This document shows, in pieces, positions 1 to 12,379 of a DNA stretch of 64,000 nt. Each line of letters begins with the position of its first letter. Within the stretch, counting starts at the first letter, position 1. Source of the stretch: Macrostomum hystrix (lineage: Eukaryota > Animalia > Platyhelminthes); contig CATNEN010000005.1 in the NCBI GenBank assembly GCA_950097015.1, positions 3,534,001-3,598,000 on the forward strand, given 5' to 3'. The notes below the pieces were generated by a model. That model was not told the DNA's origin. It worked only from the letters and a program-made list of their open reading frames with translations, and ran no database searches. The position numbers and the translations under genes were made by a program.

Positions 1-592
1 AAGACTCGATATACCAGTTCTCTATTTATTCATTGCGCATCATGATTCTACCGACGAATCAGATGCATGTGTACATGCAAATATACGAGTATATGATCGC
101 TTGTCATATAGAGAAGTCTAGATTTTAGAAGACAGATCACAACAAGTGTAGGGATGCATAATGTACCACAAAATTCAACTAAAAGCATTCTGGAGTAGAT
201 GAATATTTTAGTGCAATCCGAATAAACAAAGGATCGCATCATGCTATCAGCCGCTTGATAAAAAAGCAATACTACAAAAACTTACTAAACCTATAATGGC
301 AGATAAATTACTTGTGGATTGCAACAAAATGTGTTACAGTTGCCATCTAAAAGTCATTACATACGAGTGTTACTTGAATAATAATGTAATTCTTGAAGAG
401 CGTCTCGAATAAACAATATTTTAATTATTATTGCTGTGAAAACTACATAATTACAGGTTCACATGCCGTACGCTGGCTATATGTAGTGAAATGTTTAAAT
501 ATTTTTTATTAGAAGAAAGCAATAAGCACGATGTAGATAAAGAAAGTCCAACTATATAGAGCGAAGCTTTTAAGTTGAAATCGTCGATTACT

Positions 593-3500
593 TTATCTGT
601 CAGCCACAATTTCTGTGTATACTGTAACGTCACTGACGGGTCGTGAGTTCGAGTCTCGGATTTCCGTGCTACCACAGTTTTGCTTCGGCATCATGGAGAA
701 ATAGATGCAGTTGTTGTCGTCCTAAATAGACAATTAAGTGGCAATTTTTAGCGACATAAGATAGATAGAAACTACACCGGTCGAGATAGCTCTTCAGTAG
801 AGTAATTTCTGCCACACCCACGTACACCAACTTTCTAGCCTAACTCATGCTGCAGTACCCATCACAATTTAAATGCATGAGATCAAGCTCGAGGGAATTA
901 AATGTAGTCGGAAGTTCTCAATGACGCTCTAACAACAGGGCCACAAGCTCCCCTGTAGCGCACTGTACTAAATATAAACATGATATGGTACAGATCTATA
1001 ACAGCCTTACATCTGTATTGTTTAAACCTGGTGCATCCGTAGTTGAAAGCTGCTGCAATGGCACCGGCACCTCCTCGGACATCGCTGCTTTCAACACCTG
1101 TACGGGAGGCCCTTGTGTTGAGGTCATCTGCGGGGGTGCAGAGTGGCATTGAGTGAGTTAACGTGTTTGCCTCTCACACCAACTGAGGTCCCTGAGCTCG
1201 ATTCCGCGGTGAGACCACATTCATTTAGGGCGCAGCCGCGCAAAGAAGGCTTTGAGGGCTTGTGGTGCAATTTACGCCCTTGAGGGCCAGCCTCCAAGGC
1301 ACAGTGAAAGTGTACACTGCCTGACGATGAGAAAGTCAGGGCAGATGTACACACTTGGTGAGTGTGTGCCTGCGTACAGTATCTGTGTGCCTGTTTGATC
1401 AGGAGTAAGCGGAATGGGCAAAATTGCCTTCTCGCTGGCTGCGGGTCTAGTGACACCAAATGATGTGCCATTGCCCGCAGCCCTCCTGCAAATATTTTTA
1501 TATTGTTATGAGGTCATCTGCAGTCTATGTACCATGAGTAACGATCGAAACTTAAAATAATAAAACGCTTTGTTTGCAAAGCAAGACTTGCAAAAGTTAC
1601 CTTTCTTCGGTAAATGAAAGTGACGGCTGATATGACAAAAACATTCGCAAACATTAGACCCACGGCCAAGAGGACGAACATCAGAAGATCTTGATTGCGG
1701 TCTATAAATAATCAGGTAATGTTATGAAGTTCAATTCAATAATAAGCTGGTCCTCGATCACTAAACGCATACTCACCGCAATCAGATTTAATACTTGTGC
1801 AAAGGGTTTTCACAGTCACATTTGAGAGCCATGTAACATTCGCTTGAGCAGCAGTGCATTCTAACTTAAGTTGAGCTTCCTTGTTTCCACTGCAGCAGTT
1901 AAGGCACCTCCAATGTGATGTCAGGGACTCACTGAAATCACTGCTCAAGCTTTTATTCGCTGCATCACTGGATGACACATTTAAGTTGTTTCCCATGTTG
2001 TCAAACGCTACGCACTGATGCTCTGATTTCGGATCTGAGGTGGAAGACGTGAAGCTGAATGTCACGTGACCAAATGACTCGGCGCTGCAGCTTGACAGCT
2101 TGTCAACCGCGATTCTCAAATTTTTTGGCGGATCTGTTACGTAACGAACGCGATAAATGCGTTTTATGCAAAAATAAAACTAGGCCTAGTTGAACTAGCT
2201 ATGGATAACTCACACAAAACCCGCAGTCTTCGAGTACTGGATGCTTCAAGACCAGTTCCACCTGAACTGCAGGTGTAGCTCCCCCCATGGTGCAACTCCA
2301 GCTGATGAATTGTGTAAGTTCGGTTTCCACTGTCCAACGTCACATTGAAAGTTGAATGGGTGAGTCTGATTGGCTCTGAGAGAACAACTGGGCAGAGTAC
2401 ATGGCATTGCACGGTCACACTGGAGCCAAGCTCTGCTGCGTTGTTGAATGCGCTCGCTGGATGAAACAGGGCTGCAATTTTGGGGACGGCTTAGTAACGG
2501 ATTTTCTAATTTTAGATATAGGTATGAAATTTTATTCGCTGTATTGTTGTACCTACTTTCCAAAGTAATACTCCGATTAATCCACATGTCGACAAAGCTC
2601 AGGCACTGGCGCACAAATTGAGTTTCGTTTGCAACATTTCTTCTTAAAATAATTATTCTCACCTATAAAATGTACATGAGTAGAATTTTGTCTTGACAGG
2701 TCAAATGGCTGTTGACGAGCAGTCAATATAAATATTTTCTGGAAATTTTCGTTATGCTGCAAAAAGAGTCGTGATTAGACTGATCACAAAAAACTTGCTC
2801 AACTTCATGTTTAAGCTTTTACCCACTAGTAGGGGACTATATTAATAGTCCAGACTTTTACGTAAAGGTCGACAGCTCGAATCTCGGTCCAGGGGAGGCA
2901 GTTAGACTTCTTGCTCAAGCAAGACACGAAATTCATTAGTCAGTTGTAAAACGGGTGCCAGATTCAGCTGGGGTAGAAATTGGGTGGGTTTGAAGGCTTC
3001 CACAGTCCACGGACTGAACGAATTTACTGTGGCTTTTCCACTGGCTGCATTATCCGCATCAGAATTATGAGTGTAAATACAAAATACTTAGTAATTTTTT
3101 AGAAAGAATAGTATTTTCGTTCTGTCAAACTTTTATGATTACCTTATGTCTAGCGCAGTTCACAGTCAAGATTTTCCCAGAAGATACGCTGGTTGGCGTC
3201 CTTCCGCACAGCCTCCAGGTTCCGTTTTCCGCCCCCTGAAAGACGGAGCTGATGTTTCTCAAGTCGCAGTGGTTCGAGCCGAAGTCCAGGTCTTCCGGCG
3301 ACGTCCACACCTCAATGTCTGCTGCTCGAGCGGTCAAATTGTCTCCGTAGGTCGTAAGTTCATATTGACTCAAAGCTTTTAAGTTGAGAAAAAATATCTG
3401 TATTAAAAAAGCAACTTGGGCGTTTTATATGGCAGGATAAAATCACAGGGAAGAGAAGTGCTCACTTCTCCCTCTGATGGACACAGAGCTGATGCTCTCC

Positions 3501-3865
3501 TGCTGTCTCAGTTTTATCACAAACCAGTGGAATCCGGCATCAGCGCTTTGCAGACCTTCCTTGGAGTGAAGAAATGGCCAGTTGCCAACTTCATCAGCTG
3601 AGCGACTCCAGAAGCAAGTGCTCGGTGCAGGTTGATCCAAGCTGGATGACTGCCATGATGCTTCAATGGTGCTCTTTCTGATTGGAAGCATACCACCTGT
3701 TTGAAGCAATTGGGTTAACAAACAATGGAAAGCATTATAGATACATAAATCCAAATTTGGAAAACCTGACCGTGCCAGCTCACATCTGTCTGAGTCCCCT
3801 CGACTCAGAAGAATGGCGAATCCAAGAAAAGCCAGGGTGACACGCAACACAGCCAGATGGTCCAT
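593..3865 (-). CDS. Receptor copy A: signal peptide - F-type-lectin-like domain - Ig - Ig-like - TM - Tyr-motif tail (spliced, apparently intact)
   Basis: Phase-consistent GT-AG exons: 3865-3784 (MDHLAVLRVTLAFLGFAILLSRGDSD), 3696-3466 (SWQSSS..FLHS..HWFVIKL..ISSVSIRGR), 3375-3143 (RAADIEVW..CGRTP..LTVNC), 2662-2557, 2471-2214 (Ig: VTVQC..GGSYTC), 2133-1777 (YPP..Ig-like), 1701-1601 (TM LLMFVLLAVGLMFANVFVISAVTFIYRRK), 1127-1011, 721-593 (CIYFSM..TVYTEIVADR*). The junction between the last two exons is least certain. Confidence 0.75.
1132..1508 (+). mobile_element. tRNA-derived SINE family 1, complete, with 13-bp TSD
   Basis: TSD TGAGGTCATCTGC at 1119-1131 and 1509-1521. A/B-box-like head, hairpin CTGCCTGAC-GATGAGAAA-GTCAGGGCAG, AT-rich tail. 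Confidence 0.85.
2860..3020 (+). mobile_element. SINE family 2 (CORE-like) in intron 3 of copy A
   Basis: GCAAGACAC..CAGTTGTAAAACGGGTGCCAG..CAGCTGGGGTA shared with the element at 34690-34901. Confidence 0.55.
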
Positions 3866-4825
3866 GATTTCTATTCAGTTGCACAAGGCTTTCTCGGTGA
3901 AAACTTTTATAATTCTAGTTTAACTTGTATACACATATTTCTAAATTTGCGTTTCACGTGTCAATTAGGAAATTGTTTGCATGCAGCATTGATTTTACAA
4001 CTCATTTTAGATTTGCTAGATATTTCTGTCGTCAAGATGACTTGCATTTTCCAAAGGCGACAATATGCCATTGACAAGCTAAATTTAGGACGAAACACCA
4101 CAAATGCTTTTCAAAGGCCGCTACATATGCAAATCAAACGTGCATTTTCTGTAAAGAGTTAGAAAGTTTGACTCGACAAGAAGATAAAATAAAATCAGGT
4201 TTGAGTAGGATCCAGGATGTGCTACTTGTTTCGCATCCAGAATATTCTAATAGTGGCCTGTGGGAGGGACAACAGCAATATTCAAATCTGGTGCCGTTCA
4301 GCACCATCGTCGCCAGTCAATTAAGGGCCGTGGTTCTCGCACAGCCTGCTCAGAAGCCCTCTCAAGCTCAATTGCAGTTTCTGTTTCTCCCGTCTCCGCT
4401 TCCTCCAGGGCCAGATATAGCAGGGCAGCTGTGTCCCTTTTACCAGTCCGCCAGCGAAAAGGCGGAACGTTCAGTTTACCTGCCACTGCCCAGTCTCTCC
4501 GAGGCACGGCTAGATCATCTTGGGCCAACGGGCTCTCCGAATTTTGCAGGCCCGACAGCATCCAGCTTCGTGCGCGCACTGGAGGTGGCGAGACCGATGT
4601 GTCCCCTGAGCAATATCACCTCCTCACTGGAGGTCGTCTGGTTGCTCGGAGCTAGAGGAACAGGTTCGTGGTCCTGCTGATGCACCCTGCCGCTAAGTCA
4701 AGTACTCGAAAGTGAAGACGTTTCGTTCATCAGCATGTAAATTTCTGTAACTTTTTTCAGAAATGCGAACATGTTGTGAACACAGATCGGCCTTTTTAGA
4801 TCGATGACCATGAACTTCCTCCTAG

Positions 4826-5100
4826 GGAGGAAGAGTGGCACGACGGTCCAACGCATTTGCTTCTCACAACAAGGTCCCTGGGTTCGATTCCACTGAGGAC
4901 ACAGCCTCAGGCAGAATGTATACCGCATGACGATGAGAAAGTCAGGGCAGATGTGAGAATGTGAGACTGTGCGCCTGCATAAAGTATTTGTGTGTGCTCA
5001 GGAGTCATCGAGATGGTAGAACAGCCTCCTCAATGGCTTCGGGTCTTCTGCCACCAATTGATGAGCCAGTGCCCACAGCCCACCTGAATATATTAGTATT
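4826..5100 (+). mobile_element. SINE family 1 copy
   Basis: GGTTCGATTCC B box, GACGATGAGAAAGTCAGGGCAG core, 3' GGCT..CAGCC stem. Flanks are homologous to those of the copy at 12380. Confidence 0.75.
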
Positions 5101-7250
5101 TTTACAATATTGTGATGGCGAAGCGCAGATCAGATAAATACTTCATGCTGTGAATGTTGCATTCGACTTGGTGGAGACCAAATCCTTGGACTAATAATTT
5201 ATAGGTGAAATGCAGCTAAAGCTGAAATCTCTAAAATTTTACTTTCTGTGGTCGCTTGAATGTTTTTGATTTATTTGTGGTTACTACTCGTATTGTTTAA
5301 ACGATTCGTTTAACGCTGTTGCAAAGGGCGATGCAATTCTATTGAGTAAATAAAGATAGACCAAAACTGTTTCTTTTTCACAGTCTGAGGGCCTTGCCTC
5401 ATCCGCACACCCCATGGATCGTTTACTCGAGTGTGTATAGATACACCATAGGTCATGGGAATGCCAGAAAATTTCTTGAACTTTGGTGGCATTGTTGATG
5501 CTGACACTTATAACCGACGAGTATCTCTTGTCATTCAATCAGGTGTTCGGTCAATTTTTGGCGTCAAGGGCAAATCTATATGACAATGTAAATATTCCTG
5601 AACACGTCTTTTAGATTCTCTTCATCTTTTGTATGAGAACTGTACTGATACATTGCTTAAAAATTTCTTCGACATTGAATATCGTCAGTAAAGTTTTTCT
5701 CTTTATCAATTAGTTTAGCACAAGTTGTCTTGCTAGTGATTTGAACTTTATTGCAGTTCCATTTTTCCTGCGCTGGCTTGCATTTTGATTAGATGTTTGA
5801 GTCAGCTTGCGGAAACCATTTAACTTGTATCAGTTATATGCCGCACGTTAGAAGGTTTTTAAAAAAGAGTTGCTAATTCTTCTTACCCACTCCGATTACC
5901 CTGCAACAAAGAAGTAGTGCTGATTCTTGGTTTAAACTTTTCGAGTCGTCAAGATGATCCTGTCGTCCCTTTTCGTTCTTCTCGCTGTATTTCCATCAGA
6001 TGCAACCGTATATCTGTGTTTCAAGAAATGCACCATTGTTATAACTTCATAAAGAAGGCAAGCAGCGAACGACGGAGACCATCGATGACGACGAACTTGA
6101 TGAAAATTATGAGCCTCCAAGGAAGTCACCGTGTGCCAGCAAAAATGTTCAGTCCGCCGGTGCTCTATCAGGCGGCCGTCCAAGTGATACCCAGCTGCTG
6201 AAAGAGATGCAGAAAGAAAAAGCTCGGCCTTCATTGGATCTCAATCACCGTTATCTGCTGGAACACCGCTAGCAAGGGATTCTGCGGTGCCTACGACCCA
6301 GTTAATTCTACTCGAGATGCACATGCAAACAAGAATTATGAGTCAGATGTCTCAAAAGCTAGACGATGTAATCGAAATATACACCAACTATTAGACACCA
6401 CGAGAAAACGAGAATCGCGAGGACCGGGTAATTTACGACTTCTCTGGTCAACATTTTCGTCTCTCAGAACTTTCGATAGTTCGGACAGTATTTGCTTGGC
6501 CACTAGTTCGTCACTAATTATTTAGTCACAAACAAAGATCAGCGGTTGTCTAATTGGACACTGCATTACTTCAAGTAGAATGGTAAATACATCTAAGATG
6601 ATAATTATAATCTAATTGCTGTTTACAAGATATTTAGTGTAATCCTCATGCTATTTATCTGTCATTGACATGCAATTAAATTGCTAGAAAATATCTTGCC
6701 CAAATTGCAACAAAGTTGTCATTTAGATTAGGCTTCTTGCACTTTAAACAACAACTCACTGGTAATTGGAGTGCAAGAATTGCGAAATTATCGCGTCTCC
6801 AATGACAACTTCTGGTAATTCTGCGCAGTTTTGTTCTTCGAGACGTTCTCGGCTTGTCTTACATATTTATAGGCTGTTCGTGCCTATTTAAATGGATATT
6901 CGAAGCCAAAGTCAAACATCTTCACACAAACCAGTCGTGACTTCCTGTATGCTGGCAAAGAAGACCTTAATTCAAGACACAACAGCTCTGAACTGTGCTC
7001 TGGTTTCAGCTAAACTCATTGCATGTAAGTGTGTGGCTGACAGCGACAGCTTTGACAGCTTTGTCATTCCAAAGAACAATGATTTAGTTAGACTAGTCAA
7101 GCAGTGATGATTCAATGTAGATTTTTAATGAAGGAATTAAAATAACTAGATAAACTTCTTTGCGTACATTTCAACGAGAATTCATTTCACTTGTTAGCGT
7201 TTTCTTTTAGAAAACAAGATCCTGCTTGGACGCGGAACAACAACTGAGGC

Positions 7251-10105
7251 ATGGCTGCAGCCCAGGAATGCATTTTGCTGGCCCTCCTAGCTGGACTGTG
7301 TGCGGCTGACAGCAGTCAATGTGAGTTGCAGTCCATGGACATTCTTGTCCGATTGAGCACCAGTCCGTAGGTTGTCTCCCCTAACATGATTCTAAACTTA
7401 TTTTCGTTTCAGGCACTCTCAACATCACCAAAGATTCCATCGCTGACTCGTGGCAGTCGTCCAGCTTTATTGATCACCATAAAGTTGCGCTGTGCTTTAA
7501 AAACCAGTCCACAGAGACACATTCCCAGCATTTCTACAGATTCTTCCACTCGAAAGTCAGTAAGAATGACTCAGATGCAGGCTATCACTGGTTTGTGATC
7601 AAACTGAAGAGGCCTGAGCTGATCAGCTCTGTGGGTATCAGGGCCAGGTCAGGTGAGCGATTCAGTTAATTTACAATCAAGAGCTACTGAATACCTGCTC
7701 CTAGCGACTCTCTTCAAGCTCTTGTTTGCAGCTCAAAAGTAGAAAATAATTGACATTGCAGAAGCAGATAAAGTTCCCATCGCTAAATTAAACCCCAGAG
7801 CAGCAGACATTGAGATCTGGACTTCTCAAACAGACGTGGATTTTGGACATGAGCACTGCGACTCAAAGAACATCAGCTCTACTTTCATTAGAGGAGAGAG
7901 CTCAGGTATCTGGAAGCTGTGCGGCAGGACGCCCTCAAATGTTTCTGCAGGACAAGAATTGAGCATTCCCTGCGTCAGGCAACAGGTGAGGCCATCAGGT
8001 GACTGATGGTTCATAATTCATGAGCAACCTTGCAGGTTTAATTAGGCGAGTATAATGCAAGCCAATATTCTGTATCAGCAATGCAGCTTAGGGTTTCTCT
8101 GGAGAAATATCCACATATATTTTATTTTAGTAGATTTGCAAACAAAATGACTAAAGATCGAGGCATAAACAGCAAGCAAAAACACAAATGTTGACTGTAA
8201 TTTAGCATGGAGAATGTGGGTCACATGCTTTAGGGACAAATTTCTGTAACCACAAAAAGAGACACATTTTATTCCGCTTCTATTTCACCTAATTTAACAG
8301 TGCTGACATAACCAGAAACTGTATGCGGTTTTCAGGTCCGAATGATTCTGCTGAGAAAATACGTCGCAAACGTTGCTGATGCAGAAAACCAGTGCATGAA
8401 CTTTATTGGTATGTGGATTCATAAATTTGAAATACAAGGTGAGTTTGCCAAACGGCTTTTGTTACTACAACAGTACATCCACCGATACTATATCTCTTAT
8501 CCACCTATATTAAATCCCTACGTATTCTAATGCTCGAAAATGAACATAATTGCTGCCAAGGCAGGATGCTTATAGAATAATCTTTTAAATAATTACTCCC
8601 CAAAAGCAACAGACCAATAATTTAAACTATTTCTTGTTCAATTCTGTCGAGCAAAGAAACTGTGCAAACTGATGTCATCGTCACGGTATGGAGAGAACGC
8701 CTTCTTCTTGTTGGATTTTCTGTTTTAAGTTACATTAGAAGTAGTAAGCTATAGTCTACCTCGCTAACCAAACCCCAGCTAGCACATAGGTAGCATTTTT
8801 GTGTTGAAATTGTGTTGAAATGTGTTGAAATTTGTGCTGAGAATTTTGTAAATCTTGGATAGCAGTTACTAAAAAAACTAAAAATAACAACAGCAAATCT
8901 ATTTTGCGAATCTCTCCGGATAAAAATATAGAAAACATTGAGTCAATCGTTTCTTAAAACGTTTAGCTACAATTGAGCCATCCGATGAAGTTGTGAGAAA
9001 CTCAAACGTCACAGTGAGCTGTCGGGTCCAGGTGTGCCACGAAGCACCTGTCGATCTGCCACCTGTTATTCTGACTCTCGCAAAGTCCAACGGAGATGAA
9101 AACACGATTAGCACCTTTCGCACTTCTGGCAACTCGAGTGCCAGCAGCGTGTCAGAATCCATTCAAAATGTGAACGAAAGTCACGCTGGTAACTACTCAT
9201 GCAGAGTGGATGACGAGGTCCTCAGCTCCCGACTGCTCAAAGTCTACTGTGAGTATACAATGAAGCCCGCAAAAGTGCCATTTCACAAGAGCACACAGCA
9301 ATGTCTGCAGTCTCACAAACTCAACAATACCTGTTCTCAGATCCGCCAAGCAACCTGAGCATCTACCGATCAAATGACACCTGTGCCACTGAGCCATCAT
9401 ATTGGAATTTCATCTTCGAGTCAACGCAGTCAGATCCACGTCCTCTGCACAAATGCTTTCTCAGAGACCACCAAGACAAAATAGCCACAGTAACAATGGC
9501 ATTGAGTGTCACGGAATTGGATGGCAAATTCAGGTCGATTTGGAAATGCGAAAACTGTCTGACTGTGAATGTGACTTGCACAGCACATTGGAATGATGAT
9601 AAACTGTCATGGACCTACAGCACCACAGCGAGTCATTCTTGTCCTTTGACAACGGACTCTACCATTCCGACTGAGGCAGCTGAAGTTGGCTCCAAGAGCA
9701 CGGATAAATATTCTCATGCTGAAACCATTACAATTGCAGAGAGGCAGTCAAGCACTTCCCCAGCAACACCAGTTACCGCAGAACCAGCTGTTAAGAGCTC
9801 TTTTAAACCGGTGCTGTTGGCGATCGCAGTTGGACTCGTTGTTATCGATACTTGGCTCGCAGTCATACTCAGCAAGGTAAATATAATGTTGAGGAATTGA
9901 AATATCAAAAGTGAAACAATCCGTCATTGCTCCAACTGTCTGTTCTATGCAGCGATTCGCCTCGAGATCTCGCGACAGGTCACAGGAGGCAGGGATGGCT
10001 TCGCCACTGGAACGGCTCAGAGAGACGACAACTAATTTGAGTCATGTTCGTGTAGCAGATGGGGCCTTTAACAATGGGAATAATGTGGGACTACCGATTG
10101 AGTAG
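7251..10105 (+). CDS. Receptor copy B: signal peptide - F-type-lectin-like - Ig - Ig-like - S/T/P stalk - TM containing Asp - Tyr-free tail
   Basis: Exons 7251-7320 (MAAAQECILLALLAGLCAADSSQ), 7413-7652, 7762-7985, 8336-8438, 8967-9248 (VTVSC..AGNYSC), 9341-9876 (YPP..TM VLLAIAVGLVVIDTWLAVILSK), 9953-10105. Total 1608 nt, phases consistent, no internal stops. Confidence 0.8.
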
Positions 10106-10744
10106 TGATCAGTTACATGAGCAATGATTACATTCTGTTGCTATGCTGTTCCACTAAAATGGCTCGCCACACTAGACCCACTTTGTGTCTGTAATCTGTC
10201 CTCCTGTATCAATTGAGTAGCGTGAGCCCTGAGCGGATTGTCTGGCGTCATTTTCACAGTAAACAGTAAATTTGTAATACTAGTACAGCCCAGTTTCAAT
10301 AGCGAATTTCACTTTCACTTTTAATTTTTCTATTTCAATTTAGTGAGTTTCAATAAATTGTGTTTTACCAGTGAGCCTGTGCATCGACTTTTCCCACTAA
10401 TTTAAGGACATTCTACGTGCAAAGATTAAGACAGAAATGCTGGGTAATGAAACAGCGCAAAAAGCGTCGGATTCTAGAAAGATCGGGCGTGACTTGTTTA
10501 CATGTTTCCAAGAACCTTCGTCACCCTTCTTTCTGGAACTTTCTTTGGCGCGTATGAATAAACGAGCCCTTCCCCTTATTGGCCAAGAGTGAACTTTCCG
10601 CGCGACTCACGCACTCGACTCACGTGGCTAAAATCTCCGTGTTCCGTGTTAATTCATTTTCACAGCAGAACAATAACCTCGAAATGCCACAATATTAGCG
10701 CTCTAATACAGTCGATTCAATCGGGTCTGGTAATGTTGATACAG

Positions 10745-11840
10745 TTATGGGAAGATGGGAATTGAGCCTGAGGATTTGGGAAGATCGGAATTGATCCTGT
10801 GTATACGGGAAGATGGGAAGTGGACTTAAGGATTTAGGAAGATGGAAATCAAACCTGAGGATATGGGAAGATGGAAATCAAACCTGAGGATATGGGAAGA
10901 TGGAAATCAAACCTGAGGATCTGGGAAGATGGAAATCAAACCTGAGGATCTGGGAAGATGGAAATCAAACCTGAGGATCTGGGAAGATGGAAATCAAACC
11001 TGAGGATCTGGGAAGATGGAAATCAAACATGAGGATTTGAGAAGATGGAAATCAAACATGAGGATATGGGAAGATGGAAATTAAACCTGAGGATATGGGA
11101 AGATGGGAATCAAACCTGAAGATCTGGGAAGATGGAAATCAAACATGAGGATCTGGCAAGATGGAAATTAAACCTGAGGATATGGGACGATGGGAATCAA
11201 ACCTGAGGATCTGGGACAATGGGAATCAAACCTGAGGATCTGGGAAGATGGAAATCAAACATGAGGATTTGAGAAGATGGAAATCAAACATGAGGATTTG
11301 AGAAGTTGGAAATCAAACATGAGGATTTGAGAAGATGGAAATCAAACCTGAGGATCTGGGAAGATGGAAATCAAACCTGAGGATCTGGGACGATGGGAAT
11401 CAAACCTGAAGATCTGGGAAGATGGAAATCAAACATGAGGATCTGGCAAGATGGAAATTAAACCTGAGGATATGGGACGATGGGAATCAAACCTGAGGAT
11501 CTGGGACGATGGGAATCAAACCTGAGGATCTGGGAAGATGGAAATCAAATATGAGGATTTGAGAAGATGGAAATCAAACATGAGGATTTGAGAAGTTGGA
11601 AATCAAACCTGAGGATTTGAGAAGATGGAAATCAAACATGAGGATTTGAGAAGTTGGAAATCAAATATGAGGATTTGAGAAGATGGAAATCAAACATGAG
11701 GATTTGAGAAGTTGGAAATCAAACCTGAGGATTTGAGAAGATGGAAATCAAACCTGAGGATCTGGGACGATGGAAATCAAACATGAGGATTTGAGAAGAT
11801 AGAAATTGAAACTGAGGATCTAGGAGGATGAGAATCGAAC
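10745..11840 (+). repeat. 29-bp minisatellite (GGGAAGATGGAAATCAAACCTGAGGATCT)n
   Basis: Direct inspection. Confidence 0.95.
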
Positions 11841-11859
11841 CTGGGCAGTGTCCTAGCTG

Positions 11860-12235
11860 AAGACCCAGTCAGCCTGTGATTTTCACACCTCAATGTCGGC
11901 TGCTCGAGCGGCCAAATCGTCTCGGAATTTTCTGCTGTCATCTGTACAAAAGGCTTTCACAATTTTCAAAATATTCACAATTAAGGCAGAATAAGTGCTC
12001 ACTTCTCGCCGTGATGGACACAGAGCTGATGCTCTCCTGCTGTCTCAGTTTGATCACAAGCCAGTGGAATCCGGCATCAGCGCTTTGGGTGCTGAATTAG
12101 TGAAGAAATTGCGAGGTGCCAACATGATTAGCTGAGCCACTCTAGAGGCAAGCACGATACGTTGAATGATACATATAGCTAGACGACTGCCACGATGCTT
12201 CGATGCTGCTCTTGCGTATGAAAATATTACCTGTT
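11860..12235 (-). pseudogene. Remnant of A-type lectin exons 2-3
   Basis: Minus strand reads C..IRKSSIEASWQSSSYMYHSTYRACL*SGSANHVGTSQFLH*..DAGFHWLVIKLRQQESISSVSITAR with in-frame TAG/TAA, plus a truncated ARAADIEV exon. Confidence 0.75.
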
Positions 12236-12379
12236 AGAAACAATTTGCTCTAAAGAGTATTGATTGAATTTTGAAACAAGTGCTTGCAGAGGCTAGCAGA
12301 AGATGCCCGCTTTTAAGAAATGTGAACATTTCGTAAACACAAATCGTTCTTTCAGACCGATGTCCATAAACTTCCTCCT

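Noticed and set aside
1310-1360. Hammerhead or SECIS in the SINE hairpin (CTGACGATGAGAAAG)
   Set aside because: Lacks the three-helix CUGANGA/GAAA arrangement and the SECIS quartet geometry.
2577-2762. Alternative exon 4 for gene A (HNENFQKIFIL..)
   Set aside because: The adjacent frame starting at 2662 (VRIIILRRNV..FVDMW) is the one homologous to exon 4 of the other copies.
5917-6234. Overlapping ~100-aa ORFs
   Set aside because: No recognisable motif or convincing splice context.
10745-11840. CRISPR-like appearance of the 29-bp repeats (and the 33-mer at the window end)
   Set aside because: Units are head-to-tail with no unique spacers, there are no cas genes, and the context is eukaryotic.
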